Positions 24,156 through 37,605 of a stretch of DNA of 64,000 bases are shown in pieces (position 1 is the stretch's first letter; the number at the start of each line of letters is the position of its first letter). The position numbers and the translations under genes are program-made. The DNA comes from Basidiobolus meristosporus CBS 931.73 (lineage: Eukaryota; Fungi; Basidiobolomycota): assembly GCA_002104905.1 (NCBI GenBank), contig MCFE01000019.1, positions 62,001 to 126,000 on the forward strand. The letters are read 5' to 3'. The notes below the pieces were generated by a model. That model saw only the letters and a list, made by a program, of their open reading frames with translations, did no database searches and was not told where the DNA came from.

Positions 24156-27100
24156 AAACTGCTCAGTGACTCCAGTAGTTCTGGGGTGATATGCCACGGT
24201 TTTCAAGTGCTTGATTTGATGCATATCCAGGTAAGCTTCCAATATCTTTGCCATAATGTTTGCTCCTCTATTAGGTAAAGTCTCCACTGGTCATTCAAAC
24301 TTCATAAGGATCTCATGGTACATGAAACTTGCAACTTCTTGTCACTGGCTACAAGTACTGCTTTAGCCACTGGCCATTTGGTGGCATGATTAATTGCTAC
24401 CAGGATCCAATGGCTGCATATCCTGGTGATTGGCAGTCTTCCAACAAAGTCAATTTCCCATCTTTCAAGTGGTCCTACAGGCTCCAAGGGAAAGAGTTCA
24501 GCAACTCTCTGTGGTTGGCCTTGGTTGATTTGGCAATTTGGGCATGTTTTCACTAGCTTCTCAATGTCTTGTTTCATTCTGGGCCACCATGCTTTAGCTT
24601 TCACAAGGCTATAGGCTCCTTCAGTTCCAAGATGTCCATATCCATTGTGTAGCTTATGTATTAAATCCAGGCAAGCAACTCAAGGGCAATAGGTAATAGG
24701 GCTTCCATCAATAATTAGGTAGAGTGTTTCATCCTGTACCACCAATTTGCTGGCTTCATCCTGGATTATCTTCTTGATATCTTCATCCACCTTATTAGGA
24801 ATGGCTTGGTCCTCCCAGTACTTTGGTAATAGGCTAGGCCAATCTGATTCATGCACCAAGTTGAATTGTGCAACTTGTTTTAATCTTGATAAGGTGTCAG
24901 CAGCCATGTTATTTTTTCCAGGGCAGTAGACAATCTCCAAATCAAATTGCTGAATGTAGTCACTCCATCTTGTGATTCTTCTAGAGAGTACCTTTTGAGT
25001 AAATATATACTTGAGGGAGGCATGATCAGTCTTCACAGTGCATTTGACTCCTTCAATATAGCATCCCCATGTCTTCAAACAGTGTATTGAAGCAAGCATC
25101 TCCTTCTCATGCACTGGATAGTTTTGTTCTGCTGAGTTCAGCTTCTTGAACTCAAAGGCAACAGGGTAGTCCATTCTCTTGTGTTCTTGGCTCAACACTC
25201 CAACAATTGCATAATCTGAAGCATCTGTGCAAAAAGTAAGCTCTTTTCTGAAGTCAGGAATTCTTAAGTTTGGTAGCTTAGCAAGTTCATACTTGTGTGA
25301 CTGGATGGCAATCTCACAAGCTATGTCCCACTTGTTGGTATTGTCTTTCTTGAGGATATCAGTTAAAGGGGCTGCAATACCTGTAAAGGACTTGACAAAT
25401 CCCCAATAATAGAAAACCACTCCAAGGAATGATCCAAGCTCTGATATGCTATGGGGCTGCATCAGATTCTTGATAACTTCAACCTTCTTAGGGGGTAAGG
25501 CTACTCCTGTGCTAGTCACTATTTGTCAAAGATATTCAACATGTTCCTTGAAGAATTCACACTTGGATAGCTTGTCATAAAGCTTATTCTCTCCTAGCTA
25601 CTTCAAGACCTTTTCAATGTGCACCAAGTGATCCTCTTCTGTCTTACTGTATATCAACATATGATCTAGGTAGATTATCACAAGCTTGTCTAAGTACTCT
25701 TGGAAGACAATCTGCATCTGGGTCATGAATGTTGCAGGCTCATTGGTGAGGCAAGAGCTCATGACTAAGTACTTGTAATGTCCATATCTGGTCCTGAATG
25801 CTGTCTTAGGGATGTCTTCTGGCTTCACCCTAATCTGGTTGTATCATGACATGAGGTCAATCTTGCTGAAAATAGTGGCTCCATTGAGTTAGTCCAAAAG
25901 CTCATTGATCCAAGGTATGGGGTACTTATTCTTCACGGTAACTGAGTTGAGGGCTCTGTAGTCAATGCACATCTTAAGTGCTCCATCCTTCTTCCTCACA
26001 AAGTACTGGTGCTCCCCAAGGTGACTTGCTGGGTCTGATATATCCTTGCTCCAGTAACTGATCTACTTGTCTCTTCATCTCTTCCAACTCCAATAGACTT
26101 ATTCTGTGAGGTGCCTTACTCACTGGAGGTCTATCTCCTGTTTCAGTGGCAGGATCCACATCTCTGACTGGTGGTAGGCTTACAAGCTCATCTGGAAATA
26201 CCTCTGAATATTCCCAAAAAAGTGTCTGGACCTTGTGGGGTACTGGAGTAGAGGAATCCTCCTCTAATACTGCCATCAGGAACATCTGGGTGCCTTTTCT
26301 TAGTGCTCTACAGAACTGTGTCTTGCTAAGTTCACTTGTTTTATGCTCACTGGAATTGACCAAGTAAATCCAGTTTGGAAGGTAATAGCTCATAGGTCTT
26401 GTTGTCCTTCTGAATCTGAGTAGCATGTGTTCTCCAGTTGATCAATGTATTACAACAAAATGGCTAGGTTTTCCCAAGTACAAGGTCAAACTTGCAGTTC
26501 CCAAATATATAGGCCTGTAGATCTTCTTCATAGTCATTGATCTTCATCCTTAGTGGCTGAGTAATATGGTTGATTATGTGAGAGTTCCCATCAGCTGTTG
26601 AGACTGAAGTTTGATTTGGTGGGTTCCAAGTTGATTCCAGCTTTCAAAGCAAATTGCTCTAACATGTACCCATGCAATGCTCCTGAGTCAATTATGATCT
26701 TGGCAGGTACTCCATTGATTACTCCATTCAAGTATAATACCTTTCCTGAGTTTGAGGTCATCTGGGATAGGTATTCTTCTGTCATATGGAAGGTAAGTTC
26801 TGAGTCTTCTTCAAGCTCATCCTCCATGTTACTATGCTCCAGGGCCTCAATATGGTTAAAGGTTCTTGATGGCTGGTGCCCATTTCTTCTCTGAGGGCAG
26901 TACTTTGCAATTTGTCCCTGCTGGTGGCAATTGAAGCAAAGTCATTTCTTCTTACATTCTTCTTAGGTAGGATTCTTCTGCAGAGCATCTATTTCCATTG
27001 GCACTGCTTCTGACTGTCTTCTTTAATAGTGATAGTAGCCTCTCTGATTAGTCATTGTGGGCTTCCCAACTCCAAGCATAGCTGTGTCATAGTCAATGGC

Positions 27101-28000
27101 AATCTTGATGGCTTTTTCAATAGTGTGAGGTCTTGAATAATTCACTCCCTTACAAATTCTTTCTTTAAACCCATCAATAAAGTAGTCAACTTGGACCAGA
27201 GGGTCCATTCTTTCAATTTGCCCAAGTAGACATCTATATTACTAAGTGTACTCTTGGACCATTCCTTTCTGTCTGAGTGTCTTCAACTCTCTTCTTAGTA
27301 GTGTCCGTTGGTGTGGGGGCTCAGAGGCATCCTGAATTTCCAACACAATCTCATCCCAGATAGAGATTGTGGAGCATCCCATCATGGTGGCTGACCTGAT
27401 CTTGTTGTGGTACCACTGTAAAACTGCATCTGCCAGGTAAGAGGCTGCATAATGTAACTAGCTTTCTGGAGCAATTCCTTTAGCCTTGAAAGCTTCTTCA
27501 ATCAGGAAGAGCCAAGCTCCCAGGTTTTCATTGAATCAACCATGGTACCAGTTGACCTTCACACTAAAGTTGCTCTTGACAGGGTTTTGTGGGCTTTGGG
27601 CCATGGTAGTCATTCCTTGTTGCTGATGGCTAAGGATCTGGAGTAACTGTTGCTGCTGGGCCAGGATTTGTTGCATAGCATTCTTCCATTCTTGATTTTT
27701 GGACATCTTGAAGGAGGCTTTTTCTTTCTTCAGGAGGGATGTTTCTGGTTATTGCTGCTACCAATGTTACAAGTCTTGGTATAAGAGCTGTAGAGGAATA
27801 GGGAGTTTAGCTAGTATTGTATTCACTAAAACTTGAACTTCTGTTTATTGAGGTTCCAGCAGCTCCTTATATACATTTTGCCAGATCAATTGCTGACTAA
27901 TTGTATTTTCCTAATGTAGGCTGTGGCTGATGACTCATTTGATTGCATCATCATCACCCAATAAGATCCTACTTAATATATCTATTTCTGTCTGATAAGG
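24156..28000 (-). mobile_element. Ty3/gypsy element G2 (same family as G1), decayed, truncated inside the integrase core
   Basis: LTR 27765-~28000, PBS TGGTAGCAGC (plus-strand 27754-27763), gag ATG 27689, protease IIIDSGALHGY, RT YLDHMLIY, RNase H FCTDASDYAIVGVLSQ, integrase HHCC/core WWPRMKQDIEKLVKTCPNCQ...WEIDFVGRLP...AYHPRTTGVTEQFN, then abrupt end. Confidence 0.9.
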
Positions 28001-29878
28001 ATCCCCATATGCTCTGGTTTTCAGCTGGCACTGTAAGGTCAAGCACCTCACCTCCCATTCTTTGCAATAAATACTTGCAATATTCAAGTGCATTGTCTTG
28101 TGTACTGCTTCTGAAGAAGTGCTGCAACCCCTTCATGTGCCTATTGATTTTCCAAAATATTCCTGTAATTATTGTGATAGTATTTTGAGTCCTTGTTATT
28201 ATTGCTGAGTCTAACAGTAGGATCTCCCCTATGTGTACAATTGAAGATGTGGAGGCAGTGGTAGACAAATTGTCTTTCTCTGCAAGCTCATTTACCTCAC
28301 TGGAGTGTAGCTCAGCTGAGTGCACTTAAAACACTTCAGAAAGCAGCTGTTTACTTGTTGGTAACTCTTCTTGGTTAGTATGGGATTCAGCCCGCTCTGG
28401 GCTGACAACACTACTCAATGAGGGCTGCAGCTTTTTTCTGACTCTTCCCTGTGACTGGCTGGGTAGACTTTTTTCTCTTCACATTTACCTTTATCACTGC
28501 CAAATCTTTCACAACTACTTCACCTGGCTGCTGCTTGTATTGTTCTATGTTTTCTTTTTGATGAATGCTGCACTGATGTATCTCCTTTTGCCAGCTTGTC
28601 CCTTGCTGGCACACTCCCAGTAACCTGATGTTTCTTTGCTGCTTATTTGGAGCTTTCAGCTCTGGTGTTGACAGGCTCCTGAGAAAGCTGTGGGCTTTTA
28701 CCACTTTAAGTCCTTCACTACTACTATGGCTGAGTGCTTCTTGTATTGAACTCTGCTTTCTCCTTGTCAAATGCAACACTGATGCATCATTCTCTGCCAG
28801 CTTGTCCCTTGCTGGCATTCTGCAGGCAGACAGATGTTTTTTGCTGCTTATTTGGAGCTTCCAACCCTGCATGTAACAGGCTATGCAGAAAGCTGCAAGT
28901 TACTGTCACTTCCAGGACCCTCACTGCTACATTGGCTGAGTGCTTCTTCTATTGAGCCAAGTGTTGTCCTTGCTGACTACTACACTGATGCATCTGTCTC
29001 TGCCTACTTGTCCCTTATTGGTAATCCTCTGGGTACCAGATGTTTTTTTGCCACTTTTTTTGAGTTTCAATCCCTGCTTGTGACAAGCTCATGAGGATGC
29101 TGCTGGTGTTTAGGTACAGTGCTGTTGCTCTTTTAATGGCCTCTTAAATATTAGCCCATCCTTGATTACTGCAGTAAATGGCTTCATGGATCATCAATGT
29201 CTTTTGATTTTTAGGCCTGGGTATAAACACCACAGTCACTCCCTTATATGGTGTTATTGGTTTTTCTGTGGGTTTCAAGTTTGGGCATTAATATTGCTCT
29301 TCAAAATCTGTACAGTGTTGCTTGCAATTGCATTGGGAAATGGCGCAATTCCTGACTGTGAAATTGAGCTACTTGAGTGCCATCTTTGCTGCCTAGATGT
29401 GGCATTCTCTACCTGGGATGTTGATTGCTCTACACAGATTATCTGCTTATCCTGGCACTGGACTATTTCCTGATTTCTTGGGGTCAATACATCTATTCAA
29501 TCAGCCACTGCACCTTATTGCCTTATTAATGTTCTGATAAGAGCTGATAACATACTTGCTAATACTGGTAGTAGTGATATAATGGTGGTTATTTGTTGGC
29601 CTTCCACACGTAGCTACATTTGCTACATTCTCTTCTGTTTAAGAATTATGGTCAGCTTGTGGCTCCACCAAGATTCACACTTGCCTACTTAACTGAGAGC
29701 TTGACAATTCTTCATTTTTACTATCAGTGGGCACACTGTCAGTGTGGCTTTTTTTGGAAATAGCCCTGCTTGTTGCACTGGATGTCAGAGTAAGCTGTTA
29801 TCTAACCAAATATCTGCTGATGCTTGCAATTGGGCTTGGCCAGGAGCTAGACATATTTGTTTTATTTTTTGGTAGCGT
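28000..29878 (-). pseudogene. Accessory ORF of CACTA-type copy C1 (decayed homologue of 47400-49474)
   Basis: TPRNQEIVQCQDKQIICVEQSTSQVENA aligns with AQRNQEIVQKQDEWIIHVEQSISQVEKA of the 49474 ORF. The start codon has decayed to ACG at ~29878, and the 3' region is colinear with 47640-47900. Confidence 0.65.
28574..29100. repeat. Three degenerate tandem units, period 206 bp
   Basis: TGATG(C/T)ATC...CTTGTCCCTT units start at 28574, 28780 and 28986. Confidence 0.8.
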
Positions 29879-29959
29879 ACATATGGAAGTGAGTTGAACC
29901 AAATGGGAAATAGCGTTGTCAATATGTAGGTATGTTGTGCCACAGCTTTATTTATAATG

Positions 29960-30507
29960 TTACCGCAGTGGGTCATCATTGAATTGTGCATTCACATAGG
30001 TGCAACATCTCAAGCACACAATTGTCTTAAAATTGCATTAGTATTGACAAAAAAGTGATATAACAGCATTACATTTTTGGGTGTTAAGCTGTTTGCCCCA
30101 TGGACAAGTCTTCTTTTATTCAACATCATTAGAATAAAAATAACCTTGTGGCATTTGTAGCAAAAGACTCTCAGCCATGAAGCATGCAGACAGAATAGCA
30201 GGTATTACAAAGAATACAGCCAGTATTTTGCCAAATAATTATTACTTCAGCATTCATCATTCAGCACTGTACCATCAATATCTTGCCAGCCACTTGACAC
30301 TCTCACAATGACACCTAGCTGTACTTGTCACCTCATGTAAACTGTTTCAGGTGACTTTGTTATGCATTAAGGCTCACCTCAGCCTTTGAAATATGGCTTA
30401 CAGAGTGATCGCTCTGAAGAAGGCTTACTGATAGATTGTGAGCCTATCTTCCCCTACAATAGTACTCTGCAAGAGCCCAAGAAAATGCCTATCAGTAGTG
30501 AGACAAC
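29960..30507 (+). mobile_element. 5' module of CACTA-type transposase (copy C1), interrupted by copia B2
   Basis: Homologous to 37610-38177 and 49560-49980; encodes a decayed CxxC..H motif (PCGICSK). Confidence 0.55.
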
Positions 30508-31260
30508 TCTTGAGATATTGGACTATTTGGTATCATTCAGCAGCTGTAAGTTTACTTAGCAATTATGGACTAGTCTTAGTTACTGTTGGACTAACATAAA
30601 GCCCTAGCTTTCCCACTATTTTCAGTTCTATGATCCTATCATTATACCCCTATAGTCAAGATCAAATCAGCACTTTTACCAAAAATTATGTAATAACCTG
30701 AGACTGTTGCAGAATGCACCTGAATGCTGAGTAACCCTCCTACTAAGTGTTACAGTTGTACTACTTCTACAAAGGTATAAGTGCTGAGCATCTTTATGAA
30801 TAAACAACAGTTCAAATATTTCAGCATCTCTTGATAAGCTGCATATATCCAAATCACTTCTTAAATTGCAACAGATTATGAGCCCCAATTGCCTTAATCT
30901 ATCCAAAAGATGACTTCTACAAGCAACTAGAACAGTACAAATATCTTCCCAAAGTAAGGGAGAGGTCAGATGAGAAGTACCAAAGACATTGGAGAATCAA
31001 GATGCTGCTCCGCCTTAAGCAAAGAAAGCTTTGGAATATAGAAGCAGGAATAGAAGTTGAGCCCAAAGGAACAGCAGAAGAAGTGGAGAAGTTTCAAGAG
31101 AAGGATGGAAAGGCATAATTTGCCATATATATCAATGTGCAAGATTCCTTCATTGAACCAACCCATGCTTCAAATACTGCCAAAGCAGCATTGGAATTCT
31201 TAGAGAGGATCTTAAGAGCAAAGTTGGTTTAAGCAAGCTTTATTTAAAGCAAAAGTGCCT
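30508..31260 (+). mobile_element. Truncated copia family B copy B2 (5' LTR 30508-30873, PBS GATTATGAGCCC, partial gag)
   Basis: The LTR aligns with 38178-38546; the internal sequence matches B1 gag from ATGACTTCTAC to AAGCTTTATTT. Confidence 0.85.
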
Positions 31261-31426
31261 TAACAGTAAATGATGTAATTTTGTGGCCTGAGAAGGTGCA
31301 TACTCCCACCAATATCATCAATGCAGGCTTTGCGGAGTTACTGCTCCTTTGTGCCAACATTGTCCTGGGATGCATCTACAATATGTTTGGTACAAATGGG
31401 AAATTGTCACACAGCTGGCATCATTT

Positions 31427-31680
31427 TGTTGTAAGATTTCTAGGTATACTGGAGGTAATTGGGAGAACATATGAATTTTGGGGTCTCACTTGTTGATTTA
31501 TTGAATAAAAATATTTTTTATATTGCTGATTGTTCTTGGCATAATATACATATCAAATAGGTTTAGGCAGGTACCTGATATGTATATGTGCAATGTTTGG
31601 GGCTGCTTGGACAAATCTGAGAGTTTCCATGTTTTGGGTGTCTGATAATTTGATGAACATATTGCAAGTAAATCTGTAGA
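31427..31680 (-). repeat. Highly degenerate family A LTR
   Basis: TGTTGTAAGA...GTAATTGGGAGAACA...TTTGGGGCTGCTTGGACAA matches the reverse complement of the A LTR. Confidence 0.65.
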
Positions 31681-32989
31681 AGGCAGTTGCTTGTGGTCTG
31701 CATTCTTTCTCTTGAAGCTCACCCTCTGATTCCCCAAGGTATTCACTTACCCTCTGTCCACTACTTTGGAACTGCTGCCTTGATGAGTCCTGTACATATT
31801 GCTCTTAGAAGCTACTTGGCTCTACTAATATATCATATAGTACATAATTCATTTGAGTTAAAAACTCATTCAAAGTTTCTCTGGTACCCAGGCTGAGATC
31901 CAAACAGATGTGTCTGGCCTTTACTATGCAAATTGCATGCAGAATTGCTGTTGCATGACTTCCTCATCACATCCCCTCACTCCCAGCACATTGTTGATTT
32001 CAATGCTTGTGTTGTTAAATATCTTCTTACATACATTGGCTGACATCTAAATGTAGAGCTCATGCCAAAGCTTTCTACTCAAACTTTTCCATCTCTGTCA
32101 GCTCTCTGAGGTATCCAGTTCTGCTAGATTAATGGGTAGTGCCCAAATATCAGTATGAAGGCATATCACAGGCACTTGGGCCATACTGAAATCATCTGGA
32201 AAGAACTCAAATGGATCCAACATCAACTTTTCCAGACTGGACCACACATGTTAGTGGTGGGATGGGTTTTGTCTGGGTTATACTAAAGATGAGTTGAGAC
32301 TTGGCATAGTGACCATAGTGAGGGATTTGAAGACTCATACAGTAGTATATGGGCATCAGCCTAGTCTTATATTAAGTATGTATAAGAGCTCATGAGAATG
32401 ATAAATTTTCCATATATTATGCATGTCATATCTTGGATTGCATTGGCACAAACAGTGCACATCAGTTGCAGATTTCCTATTTGTTTATAGACTTGTGGGT
32501 AAATCATCAGTAAAATCATCAAGCCATTGTTTAAGGATGATTTTGGCTGCATAATGATGGGCTATTTGGCAATTGATGGAGACTTAATAATAATGCATGG
32601 CAAGTTAGATAAACTTAGCGGATCTTGCTAAATTGATTCATACCATATCTACTAAATCTTGTACCAATTTTAATTTGGCATACTCATCTCAATGGCCATT
32701 TCTTACCAACCTCATCACTGCCACCAAATTCTCTTTGACACACTCAAGTCAATCTATACCAAGTACTGTGGGCCATCTAACCTAATCTACTCAAGCATAT
32801 CCCTTGTTAAGCTTCTCTGCTATTACCAAAACTATGACCCTACAAGGCTTAATCCTCTATCCATGGCAACTTAAGTTGTAGAAGCTTTCATTTCAATGGC
32901 ATAACACCTTGCAGATGGTATGGACAACTTAGAGCAACCTTGAGATACTATTTTCAAGAGCTCCAATAGACTTCCAAATCTTGGAGTAA

Positions 32990-35842
32990 TCAGCAGCAGT
33001 TTCCACATTGAAATTTTTGTAGCTTCACAGGCACACATGTACTCTGCCTCTGTGGTGAAAGTACTATGGTTGGTTGCTGTCTTGAATTCTGTGAAATTAT
33101 TCCTATACAATAAAGAGCAGTGTATCCAGTGGTAGATCTTCTGTCCACTTTATTTCACCCCTGAGCAGCATCAGAGTATTCCCCAATACAATAAGATCCA
33201 TAGTTCTGATTAGGTTGGCTGCCAGCTCCAACTGAATAAGAGATATCTGGTCATGTTCCAGGCATATTATGGATAAGACAGCCAATCACAGATTGCCAAG
33301 GAAAGTCAGGGCTTTTGGATGGCAGCAAGCTCTCTTGATTTGGTTGAGTTTTGACCACCTTGAGGTTTGTCTCCATTGGGGTAGCTACTAGTGCATAGTC
33401 TTTGATTAGCTGTTGCTTTCGTATATCTTGAACATACTTAAGTTGGAGTTGGTCTCTTCCAAGGTATCTTGGTTGTTGGTGGCTATAATGAATTCATTCA
33501 CATATAGGGCTAATAGAACTTTATTTGCTCTATCCAGCTTATAGTAGATGCCATAGCCAGCAGTACTTCTTTGGAAACATAATGTTTTCAAATAAGAATA
33601 TATTCTGTAATTCCAGTCTGATAGTGATTGTTTCAGACCATGAAGGGATTTTTGAAGCAGGCAGGCAATATAGGGGTTAACTTGGCCAGCAAATCCATCA
33701 GACTTGTTGATGTACACATCCTCACTTAGTTCTCCATTCAAAAATGCCGCTGTTACATCCATTTGATCAATAAGAACCTATATTTAGGTAGAAATTAACT
33801 GATCTTTGAACATTTTGCGCAAATAATCAAAATGGATGTGTCCAAATCTCCAGTGTCAGAGCATTGGTGCTTCTTATTTCAAGTTATTTACATTAGCTTA
33901 CAGATTTGATGGAATATAAGTCAGCCTATACAGATTCTGATCTCTGTTACCTAAAGCTATATGGGCACCTTTTGATCAGTGATCCTGCATCCAGAATTGT
34001 CAAAGCTGAAACTGAGTCCTTCTGCAGTGGCCTTGCTTACAGTTGGTAGGTTTTTGGCTATATCTGGTACATAATGTCCTTCTTTAAGGGTCAGTATATG
34101 GCTTGCTTCACTGCTTCTAAGTCTTACTTAGATAGCTTCTTCTCCCACTGCATCAAGTGTTTGATTGTCACCCATGAAAACCTTCTTAATTAGAATTTCT
34201 TGATAGTGAGCAAAAAGTTCTTTTTGGTGTGTAAAGTGTTGCTCAAGAGTCTATATATCACATCTAAAAATCCTTGTTTGTGGTCACATTTAGTGCAGAT
34301 ATGAATAGTCCATCTTCAGTTGTGGCAGCATTTCCATATTCACACTTCTTTTGCTGATTTCTCTCTTTTTAAGACACGGGTCTGACATGTGTCCTTTCCT
34401 TTTGCAGTTGTTGCAGAACAGGTTGCTGTTGCCTTTGTAGGGTCTTGGGTACCTCCTTTGCTAGTCATCATTGCTTATTAAAGCAATTTCTTCTTCCTTC
34501 TTATTAGCACTTGATTTTCTTAATTCTTCATCCAAGAGCCTTCCTTAATCATAATTTAAGGTCAAATCCTCAGTTCTGGACTCCAGGGCAGATATAAGGC
34601 CCCAAAATTGTCTGTCAGGCAATTCAGGATGGTAACTATCACATCCTAATCAGTAGTTGGTGCGCCTATGGATTCCATCTCATCCACCAGCAGGGTAAAT
34701 TTGTTAATTAGATTCTGACTTCTTTGCCTAGTAGCATCTTTATAATACAGATATCTTGCCCAGGATATATTGTCTTAGCTGCTGACATAACTGGTAGGTG
34801 TCTTCTAATGCCTTCCAGGCATTCTTTGCTGTTTTTGCTCTTCAGCATTGAGGTAGCAATTTTTATTTAACATTCAGACAATAAAACAGTTAATGGCACT
34901 TTGTCCTTTTGTCTGATACTTTGAGGCTTCCTCTCCTATGTTTTTAGGAGGTCATTCTTCTCCCATGACAATATCCCAAAGGCCTCTTTCTTGTGGCAGC
35001 ATTTCCATCTCCACCTTCCACACTTGGTAGTGAAATCTATCCATCTTTTCAGCAAAGGAAAGAATTGCAGTAATAGCAGTGGTGGACATTGCAGAGAGTG
35101 ACAGTGTGGGGCTCATTACTTGTTGTAAGAATCTTGGAGATATTGGAAGTGATTGCAAGGGCAAGTAGATTGTGTGGTTTTCACTTAATGATTTATTGAA
35201 TGTAAAAGTAGTATTTATACTTTTACTTGATCTTGGCATAGCAAACATATAAAATAGGTTAAGGAAGTGTTGAAATATTGGACTATTTTGTATCATTCTT
35301 CAGCTCAAAATTAACTTAACAATTTGGACTAGTCTTGGTCACTATGGGACTAATTTACAGCTCTAACTTTGTCACTTTCTTCAGATCTGTGATCTTATGA
35401 TTATTCCCCTATAGTCAGGATCAATTTATCACTATTACTAAGCGTATTGTGCTGACCCTGAAGCTGTTACAGAATGTGCCTGAATATTGAAAAACCCTTC
35501 TTACTTGGTGTTACAGCTCTATTACTTCTACAAAGGTATAAGTACTGAGCTTCTTTATTAATAAACAACAGTTAAGCTATTATCACTATTTCATGATAAG
35601 TTCCTTATATCCAAATCACTTCTTAAATTGCAACAGGAAGGTCTCAAGAACATGTGTGCAAGGTTGGGGGCTGGTTGGACAACTTTGAGAATTATCATGT
35701 TCTGTGTACCTGATATTTTGGTGAAAATATTCCAAGTAAATCCCAACAAGGAGTTTGGTCAGTATTCAAAAGGATTCAAAGGTAATGATCTAAGTGATTA
35801 AGTTAGGTGAATGTTTATATGGAATAACAGACTTTTACAACA
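32990..35842 (-). mobile_element. Decayed, internally deleted copia family A element A2 (5' LTR 35121-35842 split by a solo B LTR)
   Basis: Minus-strand gag (AEKMDRFHYQVWKVEME), protease, RT (MDVTAAFLNGEL) and RNase H start (TEAEYMCACEATK). Integrase core absent. PBS-like GTAATGAGCCCC next to the LTR. Confidence 0.82.
35268..35635 (+). repeat. Solo LTR of family B (368 bp) inserted in the A2 LTR; TSD GGAAG
   Basis: TGTTGAAATATTGG...TTGCAACA, with GGAAG at 35263-35267 and 35636-35640. Confidence 0.95.
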
Positions 35843-37605
35843 TGTGCAATAATGTATTTGCATTGACACTTGATGGATTCTCATTAAACAAGTACTCTAC
35901 AAGCAAATCCTGCTGGCCACTGATTCTCATCAATCTGAATTGGCCACCTATCTTACAGTATCAGAGCAGAAATTTATGGTAGTCTCACTGGTATCTGGGC
36001 CTCAATCACCTTCTAACCTAGATAGCTACCTGTATCCATTACTGGATGAGTTTTGTATACTTTCCAGTAGGATAACAGTTAATGGCCAATATGTCAAAGT
36101 GTATATTATTATCTGCATTGAAGATACCCCAGCCATCAGCAAGATGGCTGGCTTTTCTGGGCACAATGGATGGTATTGCTGTCAATTGTGTGAGATCCAG
36201 AGGATATACTTCATAACTTGCACACACTATTTTAATCCAAACACCAACACTAAGAACATCATCTTTCTGTGGTGAAAATGTACAGAAGTCAGCATGCAAT
36301 TGCAGCAAAGCTTAGAGGCTAAAAGCCATTGGCTGGAATATTGAGTTGATTGGAAAGCAAAGATACTTAGGATGGAGGGTATCTATTGGAGCAATAAACT
36401 CTATCTTGCTTGATGTGTTGAGAATACTGCACCTTGTTTTACCTTTTGGGAGTTTTCTATGGAGCAGATGTGTGCAGAGGCAGGAAGGCAAGAAAAGTTT
36501 CAGAAACTACCACATCCCAATCTCATCAAGAATACCACCTTCAAGTCCCTCATCAATGTGATGAGTTGGTACATTGCGGACAGCCAGGAAGAGTAGGAAA
36601 ATACTAAGGACAAATGTGCACATGGAGACATCTATGGCTATGGCCTTAAGATGCTAAGCAGCCCCAATACATGGGTAATCAGTAAAGTAGTGCAAAGTTG
36701 GGCTGGGTGCAACAAGCAACTAATTTTTATTTGGATAACTCTACCAAGGTGTGCCAGATTTCTCTTGGCCACAAGCCAACTTCTACACCACTCAATACAG
36801 GATTTACACAAACAAGAGCCATAGTGCACTTATAATGGGACTAAAATCCAGCAGGGAGAAGTAGTATACTGGCTAAATATCTAAAAGTTCTTTGCAGATA
36901 TTCAGGAGGTATTTATGGCAGGAGTGGCTGCAACCATGCAAACATTTGCAAGATATATATATTACCTGCAATACAAGGCATATGGCAACTTTACAAGTAT
37001 TACACTAAAAAGCCGTAAAGTTGGGGTGATAGAAATATGTCAATTGCAGCAGGTGTGCACATTTGTAGAGGTTTGTAAGCAGGAGGCCACTGTATATTTT
37101 GATTCAAACTATTTGCAGAATACCCATGGTAATAGTGCGTAAGCAAATAAAGTAAAGTGATCTACAGTGGAATATATGAATTGTGCAAGGTGAGGTGAAA
37201 AAAGAAAATACTATTTAGTAAATTGGCACTGTAGCTTTATACAGAACTGTATGTAGGCTGCCATACTGTCATAATCAGTCCATCAGTGACTTGCCATGGG
37301 GCCATCAAAACACTATCAAGTCTTTTGCCATATGAGGTGATGTATGGGCCAGTTAGATCCACTCATATAGCTGTAGAGCACACTAAAACCACAACAATGC
37401 AATGCCACCCTTGACAAATACTGTGCAATCATTGTTATGTTTTTCATTTTATTTGGCTGAAAAATTAGCCAAATACTGTTGTGGTCCTGTCATCAGATTG
37501 TGTAAATGGTCATTAATTCCAAACTGCTGGTATTTTAGTGGTGTCCTGTAGAATTGTGATGGCTGATCCAGATTGGATCCTCCTGCAGGACCAAATTACT
37601 TTTCA
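35843..37605 (+). pseudogene. CACTA/EnSpm (Tnp2-family) transposase, decayed (copy C1)
   Basis: FALTLDGFSLNKYSTSKSCWPLILINLNWPP...LVSGPQSPSNLDSYLYPLLDEF...CIEDTPAISKMAGFSGHNGWYCCQLC. This is the TDGF..WP.....NLPP..GP.....L.PL.DE..D.PA..K..GF.GH...C..C signature of CACTA transposases. Confidence 0.8.
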
